A stretch of 32,000 nt of DNA from an uncultured bacterium (GTDB lineage: Bacteria; Auribacterota; JACPWU01), in the NCBI GenBank assembly GCA_964640155.1, contig CAZXEQ010000007.1:30001-62000 (forward strand), read 5' to 3'. The notes beneath the pieces are model-generated. The model was not told the DNA's origin. It saw only the letters and a program-made list of their open reading frames with translations, and did no database searches. This document shows, piece after piece, positions 30,901 through 32,000 of this stretch. Each line of letters begins with the position of its first letter. Positions within the stretch are counted from its first letter, which is position 1. Position numbers and translations under genes: made by a program.

Positions 30901-32000
30901 ATTCGATTGATTGAAAAAACAACAGGAGGTATCAATGATCGTCGTGATAGTGCCTTAGGTATTGCCTTGGATGTTTTGAATTCGGATCGTGTAAGGACAT
31001 TAGGTGATAATCGTACCAGTGCTAAGATCAGTGGTGGAGACGTGATTAAGGAACTTTTTGAAGGATTCAGCGGATACAGTGGATCTGTCGATACACGTGA
31101 AGCCAGAAAAGAATTTGAAAAAGGATTTGGAAAGAAGAGTACTCAATTTGTCAGAATTCCTAATTATTCTGCAAGTAAACGCAATATTCTTGCTCCGAAA
31201 ATTTTCAAAAACGATAATGCAGCACAAGCTTGGTTAGAAGAACAGGCGAGAGAAGTTATGCAGCATACGACTGCGATTATCACTTTACGAAGTGTTAAAC
31301 AAGTCGAAGATTTAGCCGCTAAAATGGAAGGGAAAAAAGAATTTAAAGGTAAAGTTCTTATTTTTAGAGGTTCAGAAAATGATGAACAAAGACGTCTGCT
31401 TTTAGCTCAAGCCAGTGAACCAGGTTATGTTTTAATACAAACTATGATCGGGGGTCGTGGAACAGACTGGGGCTTGGCTGATTTTGGATTAACAAAGGAG
31501 ATGTTGGATGAGGCTTTAAAAGGAAAGGGTCTTTCTGAAGGTTTAAGAAAAGCTCAGTTGGATCAATTAGAGGGTATAACCAAGAAATTAGCAGGAAACA
31601 CAGCTAAATTGACACCTGCTGAAGTCACTCAAGCTCGGAATATGAGTCAGACAGAGTTGCAGTCGCAGGATGATCGCTTGAACGAGCAGGTAAATTTTCT
31701 AGAAGAGTTTAATAAGACAGGCGAATCTCTTGATCAAGCCTTAGAGACGGCAAGAAAACAGAAAGGGCTGGCTGAAAAAGCTTTTAATGCTGCGTCTGCT
31801 AATGCTGCGCCTGCGGAAATTAAAGTGGAATTATCGTTAGGGCGTTGGCTTGCTTCTCGACGACTAGAGGTTTTAGAAGCACTTCAGAAATCAGGTCAGT
31901 CTGTGAATGAAGAATTAAAAAATGCAAGAGAAGCAAAAGAAAAGGCTAGCAGAAAACTTCTTGTTCGTGATTTAGAAAAGTTTTTTGAAAATCTTACAGA
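1..32000 (+). CDS. Internal fragment (partial at both ends) of a giant multidomain protein with at least 10,666 codons. It contains YD/Rhs repeat blocks, two hydrophobic clusters, long helical regions and two SecA-like ATPase modules.
   Basis: Manual codon-by-codon translation of frame +1 found no stop codon from nt 1 to nt 32000. For unbiased sequence, (61/64)^10666 is about 1e-222. All other frames are fragmented, with a longest ORF of 339 aa. Codon structure is clear, with a strong G at codon position 1 and A/T-biased third positions. Recognisable protein motifs (YD repeats, Walker A/B, SecA motifs) all fall in this frame. No start or stop lies inside the window. Confidence 0.93.
3307..3363 (+). 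other. Isolated hydrophobic segment (candidate transmembrane or buried helix) inside YD block I.
   Basis: The translation is FSALTSIGAIFIAVAMGGA, 19 uncharged residues, flanked by polar sequence (EEAQHAAN upstream and SSPGRFMNSLINSRND downstream). Confidence 0.35.
5560..6540 (+). other. Non-YD insert of about 325 codons within YD block I. It looks alpha-helical and its function is unassigned.
   Basis: YD motifs are absent here. The composition changes to Ala/Leu/Met/Phe-rich helical sequence, for example MYAAIRQYLMNDSGWLRG, MMTQLLVMILSNIRDN, FFTRILNEAFQRIFGASISVASLAEIANALAGY and HFRSMMQFMWFGAGIGFLEDLLGQL. It contains the CSTRTGHC loop at 6106-6129. YD-like sequence resumes at about 6600 (FVRDSFGRE). 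Confidence 0.4.
7555..7800 (+). other. Ser/Thr/Gln-rich low-complexity linker directly upstream of hydrophobic cluster I.
   Basis: The translation runs RTQSTSTANGQQTSTSSITRS, then TQSNSSSRSTDEDVGSTSHSNTYSQT, then QTRTESQQTSQQYDN. Confidence 0.5.
7846..8313 (+). other. Hydrophobic Gly/Ala-rich cluster I, with 3-4 candidate transmembrane segments.
   Basis: Three segments stand out:
- FWLRIASAVAGTIIGCPICFSLLIEAAILVV (7846-7938)
- WAVLMAFANVALSAAGSAIGGSNLLAGGFAF (7975-8067)
- AFLSGLINAVIMAPVSALGSAASGG (8239-8313)
An amphipathic stretch, RIAAQTAISLATNTAEQLIGGIVRIYV, lies between the second and third. This is hydropathy judged by eye only. Confidence 0.6.
8400..11040 (+). other. Helical region I of the giant ORF. 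No enzymatic motif recognised.
   Basis: The sequence is Ala/Leu/Arg/Gln/Glu-rich and poor in Pro and Gly, with amphipathic periodicity, for example RFRAQLRDLATAFNNLLNQFNN and RTLTQQYQTMLQNHPEMRAQMAEFGQLLDAINDCM. There is a TPR-like GDWGEA at 9085-9102. Confidence 0.5.
11041..12870 (+). repeat. YD/Rhs-type repeat block II, about 600 codons.
   Basis: The YD-type motifs in this block are LYDAETGGSA, RYDDRGVPQQISFTNRDGSSRD, ERDSQGNVLQTRSYSDTRGRALD, EYDWTGRRLSG, RRDAQGKVMGVEGHD (from 12229), TYDAGLITSIDH and RYNDRGQPVARTIYRTENG. The Thr/Arg/Gly/Asp-rich composition returns here. Confidence 0.7.
12900..19980 (+). other. Helical region II, about 2,350 codons, with recurrent isolated TPR-like hairpin signatures.
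   Basis: The composition is predominantly helical. The G-[DN]-aromatic/hydrophobic-x-x-A motif, preceded by a hydrophobic helix end, recurs at:
- GDFSRT 13555-13572
- GDVNKA 14878-14895
- GRFNES 15595-15612
- GDDVAA 15961-15978
- GDWISA 16537-16554
- GNFKAA 17641-17658
- GDHTAA 18106-18123. Confidence 0.5.
19996..21075 (+). other. Hydrophobic cluster II, with several candidate transmembrane or membrane-associated segments.
   Basis: Four segments stand out:
- FAIVQFVVIDVGLTLVTAGGGLGI (19996-20067)
- FAMLEFIGPILNPIMNHTLNPVLNLVVDLM (about 20533-20622)
- LFSFQIPGHIFAVGSVGFRLAAGGFYGAL (about 20761-20847)
- AALSVITGPLAMSGFMAQQVNGLLMFKVA (20989-21075)
This is hydropathy judged by eye only. Confidence 0.55.
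21230..24600 (+). other. Helical and coiled-coil region III. No enzymatic motif recognised.
   Basis: The sequence is Ala/Glu/Leu/Arg-rich and helical. Lys content starts to rise here. It contains the tandem duplication listed separately. Confidence 0.45.
23929..24378 (+). repeat. In-frame tandem duplication of a coiled-coil unit. There are two copies with a period of about 267 nt (89 codons).
   Basis: - Copy 1: ISETLGKERMERDSNVQAREQMEADLRTLEHRQEKGSAVEDTRRQIQELNQKITQADGRITTLETES (23929-24129)
- Copy 2: ISESVARESATRDMNVLERQQLEAEVGVAGGNRTEALAKIQELNQKITEADNRISHLEAKS (24196-24378)
The cores IQELNQKITQADGRITTLE (24064-24120) and IQELNQKITEADNRISHLE (24313-24369) are near-identical. They are also visibly similar at the DNA level. 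Confidence 0.7.
24601..26295 (+). other. SecA-like motor ATPase module 1, with an NBD1 - PPXD-like - NBD2 arrangement.
   Basis: The motifs are co-linear with E. coli SecA:
- LFTELLLGNIPVVGTGGGKTLGLAAWAVARAL matches [35 protein letters not shown] (Walker A GTGGGKT at 24730-24750).
- SRMIIVDTAAASGKYA matches [16 protein letters not shown].
- AAVDEIQNLATPNSYIISG matches [22 protein letters not shown] (Walker B at 25093-25107).
- HDTVEIDNNGTIRPRSGGKMTD matches [24 protein letters not shown].
- NQTTSQTSMVEMIGLFRSVVGTTAT matches [26 protein letters not shown] (GTTAT at 25678-25692).
- QLKGRSGRNDTSTERFWYV matches [20 protein letters not shown] (26233 onward). Confidence 0.8.
26296..29208 (+). other. 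Helical linker between the two SecA-like modules. Its first part may correspond to a SecA helical-scaffold-like region.
   Basis: The composition is helical. The sequence directly after motif VI is RFWYVDDAALARNLGDARSYAQDLIDSW, and a little further on NIWQSALGKSRALKFIASEVSRSRF. It occupies the position of the SecA scaffold helix, but the similarity is weak. A GKFAAV TPR-like motif lies at 28324-28341, and the basic patch KKARKPKK at 28561-28584. Confidence 0.4.
29209..32000 (+). other. SecA-like motor ATPase module 2, truncated by the 3' end of the window before motif VI.
   Basis: - LRTFHHTQMLSGNLLARDCILDIGTGQGKSATAIIVNYIRALSGRTSFQIVTTGDFALDNMNETKPAFDLLGID matches [73 protein letters not shown] (Walker A GTGQGKS at 29338-29358).
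- VTYIGIGDLAFEKLGD matches ITYGTNNEYGFDYLRDN.
- HKANVDEVDSVLEDQA matches [16 protein letters not shown] (VDEVD at 30466-30480).
- GEDYEIDDASGSIRLIEKTTGGINDRR matches [26 protein letters not shown].
- FSGYSGSVDTREA matches [13 protein letters not shown] (31069-31095).
- YVLIQTMIGGRGTDW matches AVTIATNMAGRGTDI (GGRGTD at 31450-31467). Confidence 0.88.
29491..30345 (+). other. Lys/Glu-rich coiled-coil insertion of about 285 codons that splits NBD1 of SecA-like module 2.
   Basis: It lies between the LLGID strand (ends at about 29490) and the VTYIGIG motif (from 30355). E. coli SecA has only about 18 residues at this position. The sequence is heptad-like and charged, for example KMKHLENEVENLRSQLDELATSHQNMMGSMNQTLESWTAKLAELQGK, then LQKKVENLKALIQRA, then ITEKEAAIEALRELENKG. 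Confidence 0.6.

Noticed and set aside
140-31227. All other ORFs in the six-frame track (60-122 aa, both strands).
   Set aside because: Every + strand entry is in frame 2 or 3, and every entry overlaps the continuous frame +1 ORF. None shows motifs or plausible composition, and many are Cys/Ser/Ile-rich or Leu-rich nonsense. They are best explained as out-of-frame or antisense artefacts.
1-32000. Alternative genetic code (reassigned stop codon) as the reason the track shows only short ORFs.
   Set aside because: It is not needed. Frame +1 lacks all three standard stop codons, so the standard code already gives one continuous ORF. The track most likely omits ORFs that have no boundary inside the window.
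1-32000. RNA genes, CRISPR arrays, IS or transposon ends, promoters, RBS sites and terminators.
   Set aside because: There is no non-coding space in the window. I saw no direct-repeat/spacer arrays, no tRNA- or rRNA-like segments, and no inverted terminal repeats. Any promoter-like or hairpin-like strings would lie inside the coding sequence, so I do not report them.
1-32000. Several adjacent genes fused by sequencing errors (frameshifts or lost stops) rather than one giant gene.
   Set aside because: Random indels would break the frame rather than preserve it for 32 kb. Motifs stay in the same frame throughout, and no segment looks like a gene boundary (no stop, no intergenic composition, no RBS-ATG context). 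Assembly chimerism at repeats cannot be fully excluded without reads.

Overview
The whole 32,000-nt window lies inside one uninterrupted reading frame on the + strand. It is frame 1, with codons starting at 1, 4, 7 and so on. I translated it by hand, line by line, since every 60-nt line starts in frame. I found no TAA, TAG or TGA in any of the 10,666 codons. The other five frames are broken into short ORFs of at most 339 aa, and these are the only ORFs in the supplied track. None of the track's + strand ORFs is in frame 1, so the real gene is missing from it, presumably because it has neither a start nor a stop inside the window. The window is therefore an internal fragment of at least 10,666 aa from a giant multidomain gene. 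It contains no intergenic DNA, and I saw no RNA genes, CRISPR arrays, mobile elements, promoters or terminators.

Domain order read from the translation:
- (1) an acidic Gly/Pro-rich low-complexity segment
- (2) a very large YD/Rhs-type repeat block, about 2,270 codons, with an embedded non-YD helical insert
- (3) a Ser/Thr/Gln-rich linker followed by a cluster of hydrophobic Gly/Ala-rich segments (membrane cluster I)
- (4) about 0.8k codons of helical sequence
- (5) a second YD-repeat block
- (6) about 2.3k codons of helical sequence carrying isolated TPR-like hairpin signatures
- (7) a second hydrophobic cluster (membrane cluster II)
- (8) helical and coiled-coil sequence containing a tandem duplication
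- (9) a complete SecA-like motor ATPase module
- (10) a helical linker
- (11) a second SecA-like module, with large coiled-coil insertions, that runs off the 3' end of the window

Rhs-type repeat blocks, membrane segments and two tandem SecA-type translocation motors in one polypeptide is not an architecture I can match to a described system. It is the main thing to follow up. All homology statements come from motif recognition by eye against remembered E. coli SecA and Rhs/YD consensus sequences. No database search was possible.
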